DNA of 36,035 nt from Octopus bimaculoides (lineage: Eukaryota). The notes under the pieces were generated by a model. It was not told the DNA's origin. It ran no database searches and worked only from the letters and a program-made list of their open reading frames with translations. Of this stretch, positions 23,433 to 34,380 are shown piece by piece (within the stretch, counting starts at the first letter, position 1; every line of letters starts with the position of its first letter). The stretch is from the NCBI RefSeq assembly GCF_001194135.2, contig NC_068985.1:53910941-53946975 (forward strand), read 5' to 3'. Made by a program: the position numbers and the translations under genes.

Positions 23433-23724
23433 NNNNNNNNNNNNNNNNNNNNNNNNNNNNNNTGCATGCATCGATTCTATTTTTTTTTTTTTTGGAAGGT
23501 TGTCTTTGCAACCCCATTGATATCAATCAAGAAAGAGCTAAATCAGTGAATCATGAAAAATCAGAAGTATGTGATGTAACAGTACTGGCACAAAATCAGG
23601 ATGGTCACAGCTAGAGCAAATCACCTGGTCAGATAACAAACACTGATTTCTTTTAAGAAATCAATGAGGCTCTGATTTTCTCATTTCACTCATGTAGTTC
23701 ACTCTTGGTTAAAAAAAGAATTAA

Positions 23725-23866
23725 AAGTAGGTGCAAGTGTAGCTGTGTGATAAGATGCTTGCTTCCCAATCTCATGGTTTCAGGTTCAAAGTGTCTTCTA
23801 CTATAGCCTTGGGCTGACCAAAGATTTGTGAGTGGATTTGATAGATAGAAATTATATAGATGCCTG

Positions 23867-23917
<51 letters not shown>

Positions 23918-23945
23918 TTCCCTACCACCACTTAACAACCAGTGC
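23725..23945 (+). mobile_element. SINE family A, degenerate copy with internal (GT)n
   Basis: ctgtgtgataagatgcttgcttcccaatc...gtgagtggatttgatagat...gtttgttccctaccacc. Confidence 0.7.
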
Positions 23946-24914
23946 TGTGAGAAATTCTCAACTGTCATCAGATGACTGCATCATCTCTCTTCTTTTTAGC
24001 TGCAGAAAAACAGATATCGACCAACCAAAACACCTCCCAGAAACTTCTTTTCTTTGTTGGGTGTAAAATTTCAAGGCTACCACCATCAATATTATTACAA
24101 TGAAAAGGAGGTCTGAAGAGATCATATATATATTCTATTATTAACACATCAAATAATATAGTTCAGGGTACAATATGCCTGCAAAAATACAGGATGGTCA
24201 TGATTGAAATGGCTTTTGATGTGGGTCTTCTAGATCAGGTTTGACTTTGGGCAAAACAACAACATAAGGTATGTCTATAGTGAGAACCTATATACATACT
24301 ACACGATGTGTTTATAGTGTAAATAAGCATACTTAACATGGTGATGGTTGAGTTCAGCCATTTGGACACTGACAATTTGGCATGACTGACTGGATATCCA
24401 ACTGTTTTGGTGACAGTACTTTTTTGGTGCTGGAGACAAACATGTACGCATACACTTATATGCAGAAATATACAGAGATGGAAAGAGAGAGAGAGAGAGA
24501 GACAGACAGACAGGCAGACAGACAGACATTACAATTTATTAATTGAACTTGATTAATTTTCACTTTTCTCTTACACATAAAGTGACACAGAGGGTGGGAG
24601 AGAGAACGAGAGAAATGTTAAAACATCAGATGTCAACTAAGTCAGCATTGAATCTACAGTACTAAAACTGCTGTACCAAATCACTTTATACCCTACTTAA
24701 CATATAGTATGTCTGTAATGATAGTTTGTAGAAATAACACATCATAGTGTGCCTCTAGAGTTAATTCCTAGACAAAACAAGTTATAGTGTGCCTATAGTG
24801 GTAATTTCCAAACTTGTCAACTTGCTGCCCACTTAATAGTTATTCACTATAATCCTATATATTTCTCTAGTAATCTTAGGTTTCCCAATGTTGGTCAAAC
24901 AATGATGCTTGATA

Positions 24915-25130
24915 ATACTGATTTCAAATTTTGGCACAAGGCCAGCAATCTCGGGTAGGGGGATAAGTCAATTACATCAATCCCAGTACTCAACTGACGT
25001 TTCTTATCAATCCAAAACGATGAATGGCAAAGTCAGTCTCGGTGGAATTTGAACTCAGAATGTGAAGACAGATGAAATACCATGAAGCATTTCATGAGAT
25101 ATGCTAACAATTCAGTCAGCTCACCACTGT
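24915..25130 (-). mobile_element. SINE family B
   Basis: tttcaaattttggcacaaggccagc...ggaatttgaactcagaatgtgaagac...gctaacaattcagtcagctcacc. Confidence 0.8.
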
Positions 25131-25213
25131 AATGACACCTGATAATATTGAAACAGGTCTTAAGTTGTCTCCTACTATCAATCTTAGACTCACTCCTCAC
25201 TACAATCTATTTT

Positions 25214-25390
25214 TAACCCTTTGAATGTGGAAAGCAGATACATCCACTCAAACTTTTATTACTGTTAACTGCAGAAAGTACATTTACACCATGGTTTTGT
25301 AAAAGCCACTCCTTATGTCACCATTAGTGACAATTTTACTAAAGAGAATTAAAAAAATTTTTTTACTTTTTCAAGTATTTCATCAAATAT
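25214..25390. mobile_element. Interspersed repeat with a piggyBac-like end, copy 2
   Basis: ttaaccctttgaatgtggaaagc...gttaactgcagaaag...tatttcatcaaata. Begins TTAA-CCC. Confidence 0.5.
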
Positions 25391-26953
25391 CTCTTTACAG
25401 AGCAAGAATAAAAATACTTTAAATGGCGGATATGAAAAACATACCTACAGGAGATATTGAAAATCTATTGCAGAAGCAGACTTAATTTTAATATAAAATC
25501 TGGTAGTGTCTATCTGTTTCCTTTGACAACAATTCACCAAGAAGCAAATGATTTTTTTCTCTCCTCACCATCTTTTGTTGAGACATAATGTGTCAAGGAC
25601 TACATTACACAATGTATTCTTCCTTTTTTAAGATGGTTGGGTTTTAATTCCAGATAGATTTCATTGTTATTTCTAGCAATTTGAGTGACTGCATTGACTC
25701 AAATATTGGTTAAAGTCAGAGAGTGTAATATCTTAGCCATGATCACAGTGCAGATAAAACAGAAAACATCACTTTCATCCAGTCGCATGATATCCTCTCT
25801 ACTCACACAACTCTATCATTATCATCATTTTACATCTGCTTTCCTTGCTAACATAGGTAGGATAGTCAGATTGACTCCAATGGATCAGAGAACCACTTCT
25901 TGCTCCAATGCCTCAGTTTTGGCATAGTTTCTATCACTGGACGCTCTCTGAGTATATACCTCTTACCTCTCTAAAATCAAATATATTAATACCTTGATCC
26001 ACTGATTAACTTATCTAAATTTTAAAACAAGAAGAAATCTTAATGTAGGGTGACCAATGTGGAAGCCATAAATCTCTTACTTTAAAGAAACCTTAGAAGT
26101 AGCAAGAACCAAATTGCTTTGAAGATTTTGTTTCCTTTAGTGCTATTGGAAGCGTATCCAGAAAAGGAAGAATTAGAAGAATTAATTTCATGAACTACAA
26201 TATTCATATTGCTCCAGTGTCTCAGTTTTAGTTTGGTTTCTACAACTGGATGCTCTTCCTTACACCTGCCCTTTCAAAGAGCTGACTATACTTTTGCTTT
26301 GACTTGTTTCAGCAAGAGACTGTGACCATGATGGAGCACTGCCATTATTTAGAATATATACTGCTGAAAGTTTTAAATAATGTTTGGCATTGCTGTTTGG
26401 AAAGATAAAATAACCAAGTTAAATTGAATTAGTTGAATGTGGAGTATAAACTCTGTAGATTAGTTTGGGGATGGGAAGAAACAAATAGGGAAAATAAAAG
26501 GTAGACCAATAATGTAAGTCTGTGTCTAAATTGGTCAATTAATTAACATATTAAAATAGAAAATAAAAAAAACAGTAAAAGCATTTATATTTTCTCTAAA
26601 ATATTATTGCCAAAGAAATACTTTTTGAGACATATATACACATANNNNNNNNNNNNNNNNNNNNNNNNNNNNNNNNNNNNNNNNNNNNNNNNNNNNNNNN
26701 NNNNNNNNNNNNNNNNNNNNNNNNNNNNNNNNNNNNNNNNNNNNNNNNNNNNNNNNNNNNNNNNNNNNNNNNNNNNNNNNNNNNNNNNNNNNNNNNNNNN
26801 NNNNNNNNNNNNNNNNNNNNNNNNNNNNNNNNNNNNNNNNNNNNNNNNNNNNNNNNNNNNNNNNNNNNNNNNNNNNNNNNNNNNNNNNNNNNNNNNNNNN
26901 NNNNNNNNNNNNNNNNNNNNNNNNNNNNNNNNNNNNNNNNNNNNNNNNNNNNN

Positions 26954-27001
<48 letters not shown>

Positions 27002-27399
27002 ACATGTACACACACACATATATACTTTTTTACTCGTTGGGTTTGGTGGTTATGACCAGAATGCCCTTGTCCCTTACAGAGCATCTGACAAGTTAGACAC
27101 AGGATCTTCAAGAAACACAAACACATGCACACACTTATACAAACATAACGGTCGGTTTCATTCCTGTTTTGACAAAAGCAAACCTGTTATATTTGTCCAG
27201 TAATTACACAAAAGGAAGTGGAATTGGAAGAGATAACACAAGAGAGACAGTTTTATAGAAACATGATAGAAAAAAAACAAAACAAGTTTTAATCATCCAT
27301 AGAAAGATGTGGCATAAACAAAGGTGAAATGTTGCTGTAGTTTGTTAATAAAACCAAGTCAGGTTTGTTTTATATGTTATAACTGTTATTTAGGTGAGG

Positions 27400-28520
27400 A
27401 GGGGCAGCACCTCAGGCTTTTGTAGGATCTCCCAGACTGGTGAAATAATATGGTTGATATTCAGTTTAGATTTCTGTAGGTTGATTTCTGCAGGACAAAC
27501 AATTAGGGGGACGAGGAGAATGGGTTGAACTTCAGGAGTGAAGATGTGTGGAGATTAGGTAAACTGCTTTAGTATAGGATCTAGAGGTAGGAGGTCATAG
27601 TGGGGCTTGACAGGAGATGGAGAAAAACAGAGGGGTGCATCAAGTGATATTAGATGGAGAAAGACACACAACTAGATAGTTGAGAAGAGCTTAGTATTGA
27701 AATGCAAGAAGGTACAGAGAGAAGAAACTGTTTGTCTGTGAATTCAGGAGTGTAGCATGTTGGTGCATCTTTGCCAATCAGTCAAACTACCTCCCTTCTC
27801 AGGCTGTGATCAAAGATGCTTGCATGTATGCAGCAGGAACCCTACCCCAGATCTCTGAGCAGTACTTCCAGGTGAATGTATTTTGATTGTGCTCAAAGAT
27901 GCTTGTGTGTGTACAGTAGGAACACTGCCCCAGATTTATGAGTAGTACTTCAAGGTGCGTGTATTTTGGCTGTGCTCAAAGATGTTTGCATGTGTACAGC
28001 AGGAAACACTGCTCCAGGTTTAAGTGTAGTATTTCAATATAGTCGTATTTGGGGTATTATAGAGAGGGTCATTGATTGATAAGAACTAAATTTTTTCTAC
28101 TCTGAGGAGAAAAACTAAGCAACGTAGTTTTAGCATTGGCGTGTGTGTGTGTGTGTGTGAGAGTGAGTGCAAGGTTCCTATAATAGGTTGAGAGACCTAG
28201 CATTTGAAGGGAGTTAAGGGCTCTAATTGTGTGTTGTTGACATGTAAAGACTGATAAATACAAGACAGTTTCCTTGATATATATAGAGAGAATGATTGTG
28301 CCTTGTTGCTGTTAAAGGAGACAAAGTATTCAAAGGGACAGAGCAAGTCTGGCATGAGGTGTTCATGTTGTGTGTGACTGATGTTTGTGTAAATGCATGT
28401 GGGTTGTGTAAAGGGTAAGGGAATAAAAGGGGGGTATCTTTTGAGTAGGTGTGTGTAAATGGAAGTAACTGCTTTAATGTACAGAAGGAATAACAGAGAA
28501 GACATCACCAAACCATCAAA
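27400..28520 (-). mobile_element. CR1/L2-type LINE reverse transcriptase relic
   Basis: SLLFLLYIK, DLLCPFEYFVSFNSNKAQSFSL..RK, NNTQLEP, MLGLS, TLY...LKYY/IWGS and SIFDH..RREVV*LIG follow the canonical order PTLFLLYIND...FNASKTQ...LG...LYK...LEYCSHIW...LDRIQRRA.RLI. Confidence 0.7.
27804..28037. repeat. About 2.8 tandem copies of an 83-bp unit
   Basis: Units begin (c/t)tgtg(a/c)tcaaagatg at 27804, 27887 and 27970. Confidence 0.85.
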
Positions 28521-28718
28521 AAAAAACCATTGGTGTGTGATATAGAAGAAGCCCCAACTCCCCTAGACCTGGCTGTATAATCACTGAGTGGTGATCACTT
28601 AGGATGGGGAGTAGCACACAAAGGACACTGTAATGGTGAACACTTAGGAGGAGGAGTGGAGCACTATAGTGGAGTCATCCTAGAGTGGTGGCAGTCACTT
28701 TGTAGGTGGGGAGAAAAG

Positions 28719-28945
28719 GAGACTTGAAAGACATTAGTAGGGAAAGAGAGAGAGATATGAGAGACACCATTATTGTTGGTGATGGTCATTCAGGAGTGGA
28801 GAGAAAGAGACTTGAAAAACACTAGTAAGGAAAGAGAGAAAAATATGACAGACACCATCATAGTTGGTGATGGTCATTTAAGAGTGGAGAGAGAGACTTG
28901 ACAGACACCACTATGGTTGGCGGTGGTCATTTAGGAGTGAGTGAG
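28719..28945. repeat. Tandem ~87-bp purine-rich unit (two full copies plus one internally deleted)
   Basis: gagacttga...gacacca..at.gttgg.g.tggtcatt..ggagtg starts at 28719, 28807 and 28893. Confidence 0.8.
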
Positions 28946-29260
28946 AACAAGGTGATCACTTAAAGAGTGAGAGAGAGATATGCTAGTGGTGGTTACTGTT
29001 GGGAGAAAGACAGAAACTCAGAGGATAGCCCCACAGAAGTGGACACTTCAGGTGGGGAGAGAGAGACACCAGAGGGGTGGTGGCAGTGGTCACTTTATGG
29101 GGGAGAGAGAGAGAGATTCAAAAATCATTAGCATAGTGTTGGCCACTAGAGAGAGAGATAGGAAGAGATTGAAGGGACATTCACTATTGGCGTGGGTAAC
29201 TTAAGAGGGAGTGAAAAACTTAAAGTGAAGAAAAAAATAAGGATTTAGTTGGAATAAAAG

Positions 29261-29600
29261 CTAAGAATTTATCTGTAGAGTGTATACTTTAAGAATGATG
29301 GAATGGTCACTGTCAAGGATTAGCCATTTTGTTGAGTTGGAGAAAGTGAAGAAATTTTTACCATTTGGTAAGAGCTGAAATGGTGGTGAAAGAGATGGTA
29401 AGGAGAAAGAGAATTGGAGAAAGAGAATTGGAGAAAGAGAATTCATTCCCACTGCAGTTGGGAGTTTAGAAGCGAAAGTAGTCTGTAAATGTGGATGTTT
29501 TATCATTGGAAGTATAGAACCAGTGCTCATTGAGGAGTGGTGAGCAAGAAAGTATATCTTGACAAACGACCAGAAGAATAAGCAACGGTTTGAGATGTGA
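29261..29600 (-). mobile_element. LINE APE-endonuclease relic, probably the 5' part of the same element
   Basis: YFLAHHSS (cf. GDFNAHH) followed about 80 codons later by FTFSNSTKWLILDSDHSII (cf. SDH..I). Contains a 3 x 14-bp tandem at 29403-29443. Confidence 0.55.
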
Positions 29601-30477
29601 ACATCTTTGCAGATTGTAGAATGTCAAAAAGCATCCTTTGTTTTCCTGATAAGTATTGCAATGGTAGATGTTGGATGACTTCTACCAGGTTTGCTTAACA
29701 GAATTCTTCACTTGTAATGATGCAACACAACCACAAATGAACCATTTGGAGATTTGAGGACAGTGAGTTTAGCTTACATAGCCAAAGAAAATGATCTCAG
29801 TTAGAGCAAGCGCATTTGCTACCAATGGTAATCAGAATAGAGAGTTGATCTCTGATCAATTAGTTAACTAGAAATACCAAAGGTTCGCAGTGGTGTATGT
29901 GTTGTACAATAGGAAGATGTAAAGTGGATTGCCTTCATTGTCTGGAGTCAGAGCCATGACAGTATCAACAGAATAAGAGCTAAATTTGAAGGTGAGAAAA
30001 TGTATATGGGATGATTTAATGTGTCGGTACATCGATCATGGAATTGAATACTGACAGGTGGAGGTAGGGCAGAGGCACTAACTGGTACTGACAGTTCAGA
30101 ATAGAAAAAACATTCAATCACTACATCAGCTGTGTCAGTTAGTGTGGAAGGAATGATAAAACCAAGAGAGGTCAAGTAGGTTGAAGCCACCGAGAGCAGG
30201 GGAGATAAATGTCTTTAATGTAGAACAACAGACAACTATTAGTGTGTTGGAGGAGTCTAGAGAACCTTATAGAAACATATGGCTTACTTTATTTCATGCA
30301 GGGTAAAGGAGATAAGCTTAAACTAAGTCTCAGCTTATAAAACAATTATGAGGCATATACAAAGATTTGATCAAGTACATGTGATGTTAAAATTTAATGG
30401 TAGTTTATAGAAACATGTGGCAGATTCAGTTTTGTGTGTGTGGATGTGTTTTTTTTTAAGGAGTTGTAATCAGTTGC

Positions 30478-30845
30478 TACATATGACATGAACTAGGTTT
30501 GAGCTATGAAAACATAACTGAGCTAAGTTTTTCTCAGACATAACATGTATATGACCATAGTCTTGTTCAGCTACCACATGTGTCATGACCAAATCATGTT
30601 TTGTCATGTAGCATGACTAAAGTTTTGCTTAGTCACTACATGAGGCATAACTGAACTTTCACTTAGTTATGACCCATATTATGCCCAAGTTTTACTGAGC
30701 CACAACATGTGACACAACGAGTCTTACTCAGCTACAACATGTGTCATAACCAAAATCTAGTTCAACAACTACATGTAGCTTAACCAAAATGTTACTAAGC
30801 CACCACATGAGGTGTATACTAAAGTCTAGTTTGCATAAACATGCT
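30478..30845. repeat. Degenerate ~33-34-bp minisatellite, about 10 units
   Basis: Recurring ACATG core at 32-34 nt spacing, e.g. acatgtgtcataaccaaaatctagttcaacaact and acatgtagcttaaccaaaatgttactaagccacc. Confidence 0.7.
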
Positions 30846-31369
30846 GTACAAGATAATGTACAGCTGTTAGAACCTGAGTTAAGAATGTAATAGTTTAGTT
30901 GTTGTTTTTTTTTTTGTTACTGAAATTGAATAGTAAAAGATAAACCTGAAAGAATCAGAGGAAAAAAAGAATACTGAGAAGGTAGAAGGGANNNNNNNNN
31001 NNNNNNNNNNGGGGGGGGGGGGTAAAGAATGAGAAAGAGGAGGTAGGAGGAGGAACATTAACAGTGTACAGTTCTAAAAATTTATCCAATGGAGCAAACA
31101 ATAGTTGACACTGATTGTTTTTGTTTGAAGATATTGAGAAGAAAGTAAAAAAACCTACTTACCACCAGCGGAATATAAATAGTTTGGTCTAGTCTAACAG
31201 GTAAATAGTAACAGGGGAAAAATTTTTTTAAAAAAACTGACTTGTTTTTGAAGTTGTAAGGCAAATACCATACATACATATATACAGAAGACATAGAGCC
31301 ATCCAAAGAGAATCATACACATGCATATAAGGAGATGCACATATGTAAAAAAAAAAAACAGGTAGAGAT

Positions 31370-31509
31370 ATGTTTATATATATATATGCATAAATACATG
31401 CATGTATGTATTGCTCAAAATATGTATATATGTGTATTATGTATGCATGTATGCAGATATTAATGCAAGCATGCACATATAAATATATTTACACACACAC
31501 ATACACACA

Positions 31510-31541
<32 letters not shown>

Positions 31542-31803
31542 TTAATGAACATGTTTGTACATGTTCTATATTTGCAAATGCATCATTTACTTGTGGACAA
31601 GAGCATGTGTGTATGTGTGAATGTATAGAAATTCTTGCATACAAATAAACACACACATTCTCTCACTCTCACATACACACACACACAAACACACATTAAT
31701 GAACATGCTTGTACATCTCATATATGCAGATACATTATATATATATCTGTGGACATATATGCATGTGTGTGTATATATACAAAAATTGTTGCACAAACAC
31801 ACA

Positions 31804-31870
<67 letters not shown>
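31370..31870. repeat. Low-complexity CA/TA-rich block downstream of the OAF stop
   Basis: Multiple (CA)n and (TA)n tracts, plus a repeated acacattaatgaacatg.ttgtacat motif. Confidence 0.85.
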
Positions 31871-31873
<3 letters not shown>

Positions 31874-32166
31874 GATAAAGTATCTAATTTATAATTCTTC
31901 CTCATGTGGCATTCACACAGAAGAGCAACGAAAAACTATAAATAACCAATTTTTTTCCATTTTACTTTTTACAATATCTTTCTGAGACTTTTTTTTTTCT
32001 TCAGTCTTTTCTTTCCTTAATCCAACAAAGAAAAATGTTTTGTTTCTTTTTTTCTTAAAAAAAATCCAAGATGAAGGCACTATCACCAGTGTATAAAGAA
32101 TTACAGGATCAAAACTGGAAACACTGGTTAGCAGCAGTAAGGTGCACTGAAGTGTTGCAGTAGTAT

Positions 32167-32441
32167 CTAGTAGTCCCACATGCAATTGGCTTTCTGCATT
32201 TCATAATGTTTAAAGATATGGCACTTTCGACATGTTTTGATACCACATCTGTAGCTGACCAAATGTCCCAGGGAATCATTCCCACGGCAGTATTTCAAGC
32301 CACATGGGTACCAACCAATGCAGATTTCAAATTGGCAGGAACATGGTTTTAAAGAGTCTGATATGTCCCGACATCGGGGATATTTGGATGGTATATACTG
32401 TTTGGTGGCAGACTTCATTACATTGTAATCTTTCCCTAAAG
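32167..32441 (-). CDS. OAF: OAF homologue, terminal coding exon with the Cys-rich C-terminus
   Basis: Translates as (S)LGKDYNVMKSATKQYIPSKYPRCRDISDSLKPCSCQFEICIGWYPCGLKYCRGNDSLGHLVSYRCGIKTCRKCHIFKHYEMQKANCMWDY*. The WYPCGLKYC...SYRCGIxxC...CxWD pattern is characteristic of OAF. The pyrimidine-rich acceptor cttctccag|CT is phase-compatible with the upstream phase-1 donor. TAG at 32167-32169. Confidence 0.93.
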
Positions 32442-32599
32442 CTGGAGAAGGAACAGAAGAAAGAAAAAATGGCAAATCAAGATTAAAATATAATCTAAGG
32501 TTAATTAATGCAAATAAATACAAAGATAGTTTAAAAACATTTAGGTGGTGAAGTGGAATCTTAGCCTAAAACTAGACAAGAAACAAAAGATTAAAATGA

Positions 32600-33005
32600 T
32601 AAGGAGTGGCTGTAAGTAGCTTGCTTACCAACCACATGGTTCTGGGTTCATTCCCACTGCGTGGCACCTTGGGCAAGTGTCTTCTACTATAGCCTCGGGC
32701 CGACCAAAGCCTTGTGAGTGGATTTGGGAGACGGAAACTGAAAGAAGCCCGTCGTATATATGTATATATATATGTATGTGTGTGTATATATTTGTGTGTC
32801 TGTATTTGTCCCCCCACAACATCGCTTGACAACCGATGCTGGTGTGTTTATGTCCCTGTAACTTAGCGGTTCAGCAAAAAGAGACCGATAGAATAAGTAC
32901 TAGGCTTACAGAGAATAAGTCCTGGGGTCGATTTGCTCGACTAAGGGCGGTGCTCCAGCATGGCCGCAGTCAAATGATTGAAACAAGTAAAAGAGTAAAA
33001 GAGTA
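32600..33005 (+). mobile_element. SINE family A, near full length and relatively young, in the last OAF intron
   Basis: B-box-like GGTTCATTCCC near 32644, internal TA/TG tract, (agagtaaa)n tail. CpGs are retained. Confidence 0.9.
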
Positions 33006-33009
33006 TTAA

Positions 33010-33350
33010 AATATAAAATACCCCTTCTGTCTTGAATTACCATGGGATTGCACCTAGAAAGTTCCCCTCTGAAGCACAAGTCTGTGCAAGTTTGTTTGTG
33101 GAAGACCAGCAGATGCCCATTCATATCAGTCTCCCCTCTCCATGCTACTGATGTTGTCCCAGGGAAAGGCAAAAGCTAATACAGCTTGACACCAGTGATG
33201 TTGCAATTCATTTCTACAGCGAGTAAACTGGATCAATGTGAAAATAAGGTGTCTTACTTAGGAACACAACAGACAGCCTGGCCCAGAAATCAAACACACA
33301 AACTCACAATTGTAAGCCCAACACTCTAACCACTGAGCCATGTACCTTCA
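33010..33350 (-). mobile_element. tRNA-derived SINE family D
   Basis: Minus-strand head gtgaaggtacatggctcagtggttagagtgttgggcttacaattgtg (A-box-like TGGCTCAGTGG), followed by a degenerate body. Confidence 0.65.
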
Positions 33351-33377
33351 CTATATCAAAATATAATTTAGAGTTAT

Positions 33378-33802
33378 TTAACTCTTTAGTATTCAGATTA
33401 GTCAGTCAAATGTAAGGCTTATTTATTCACTGTTTTCAGTTAATGATGCATTATCTCATAGCCATGAGATTTCAATGATGAAATTTTTTTTATGTTTAGA
33501 ATAGCACTATCGGTTTGGTGTGAGAGGCCAGATCTGGCCAGTTTGAACGTAAAACAGGTATCTTTTAACTTCTATCTTTTACTTGTTTCAGTCACTAGAC
33601 TGTGGCCATATTGGGGTACTGCCTTGAAGAATTTTTAGTGGAATGAATCAGCCCCAGCACTTATTTATTTATTTTTTTTTTTTGATGTCTGGTACTTATT
33701 CTATCAGACTCATTCGCTGAACCTCTAAATTATGAGGATGTAAACATATCAACACTTATCAAGCGGTAGTGGGGGACAAATACAGACACACACATATATA
33801 TG

Positions 33803-33855
<53 letters not shown>

Positions 33856-34121
33856 ATCTATATATATATATTTATATATATGACAAGCGTCTTTCAGTTT
33901 CCATCTACCAAATCCACTCACAAGGCATTGGTCAGCCCAAGGCTATAATAGATGACATTTGCCCAAAGTGCCATGCAATGGGACTAAACCCAGAACCTTG
34001 AGGTTGAGAAGCAAGCTCCTTACCACACAGCCATGCTTGTGCCTATATATAGCCAAGAAGTGAGGCAAAAAGGTAGAATATTTTGGCCAGATATGGCCAG
34101 TTTAAAATGCTAAAGGGCTAA
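33378..34121. mobile_element. piggyBac-type MITE (TTAA target, CCCTTTAGCATT-like TIRs)
   Basis: Left end TTAA-ctctttagtatt at 33378; right end aatgctaaaggg-CTAA ending at 34121. Confidence 0.6.
33561..34043 (-). mobile_element. SINE family A, full length, inserted into a piggyBac-type MITE
   Basis: Reverse complement of the 32600 copy. Flanked by aaaacaggta (33551-33560) and aaaaaggta (about 34067-34075), a possible target-site duplication. Confidence 0.8.
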
Positions 34122-34154
34122 TGCAAGCAGAAAGATAATTTTAAAAACATTTAG

Positions 34155-34380
34155 GTGCTGAGCTGGCAGAGTCATTAAAGTGTCAGAAACATGCCTTGTG
34201 GTATTTCTTCCAACCCTCTGTGTTCTAAGTCCATATCAAGGTCAACTTTGTGCTTAACCTTCTCAGGACAATACAAAAATACCAATCCAAGGCAGGGGAA
34301 TGGCAAAACAATAAGAATGTCAAGGCAAATGCCTTGTGGTATTTGTTCTGGATTTTTGCATTCTGAGTTCAAGTCCCACC
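34155..34380 (+). mobile_element. Two degenerate SINE family B-like heads
   Basis: gagctggcagagtcattaaag...atgccttgtggtattt occurs twice; B-box-like gagttcaagtccc. Confidence 0.55.

Noticed and set aside
4142-26999. Long ORFs in the supplied track made of X runs or YIYI/HTHT/CVCV/RERE repeats
   Set aside because: They are read-through of N gaps and dinucleotide microsatellites, not genes.
26141-27292. Plus-strand terminal-exon candidates VLLEAYPEKEELEELIS* (26141-26193) and VITQKEVELEEITQERQFYRNMIEKKQNKF* (27201-27292)
   Set aside because: Purine-rich DNA readily yields E/K-rich peptides, and I recognise no homology or upstream exons.
27804-30845. Regularly spaced repeats as a possible CRISPR array
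   Set aside because: The context is eukaryotic, the spacers are homologous rather than unique, and there are no cas genes.
5965-34043. tRNA-like A/B boxes as tRNA genes
   Set aside because: They are heads of multi-copy SINEs followed by non-tRNA bodies; I see no complete cloverleaf.
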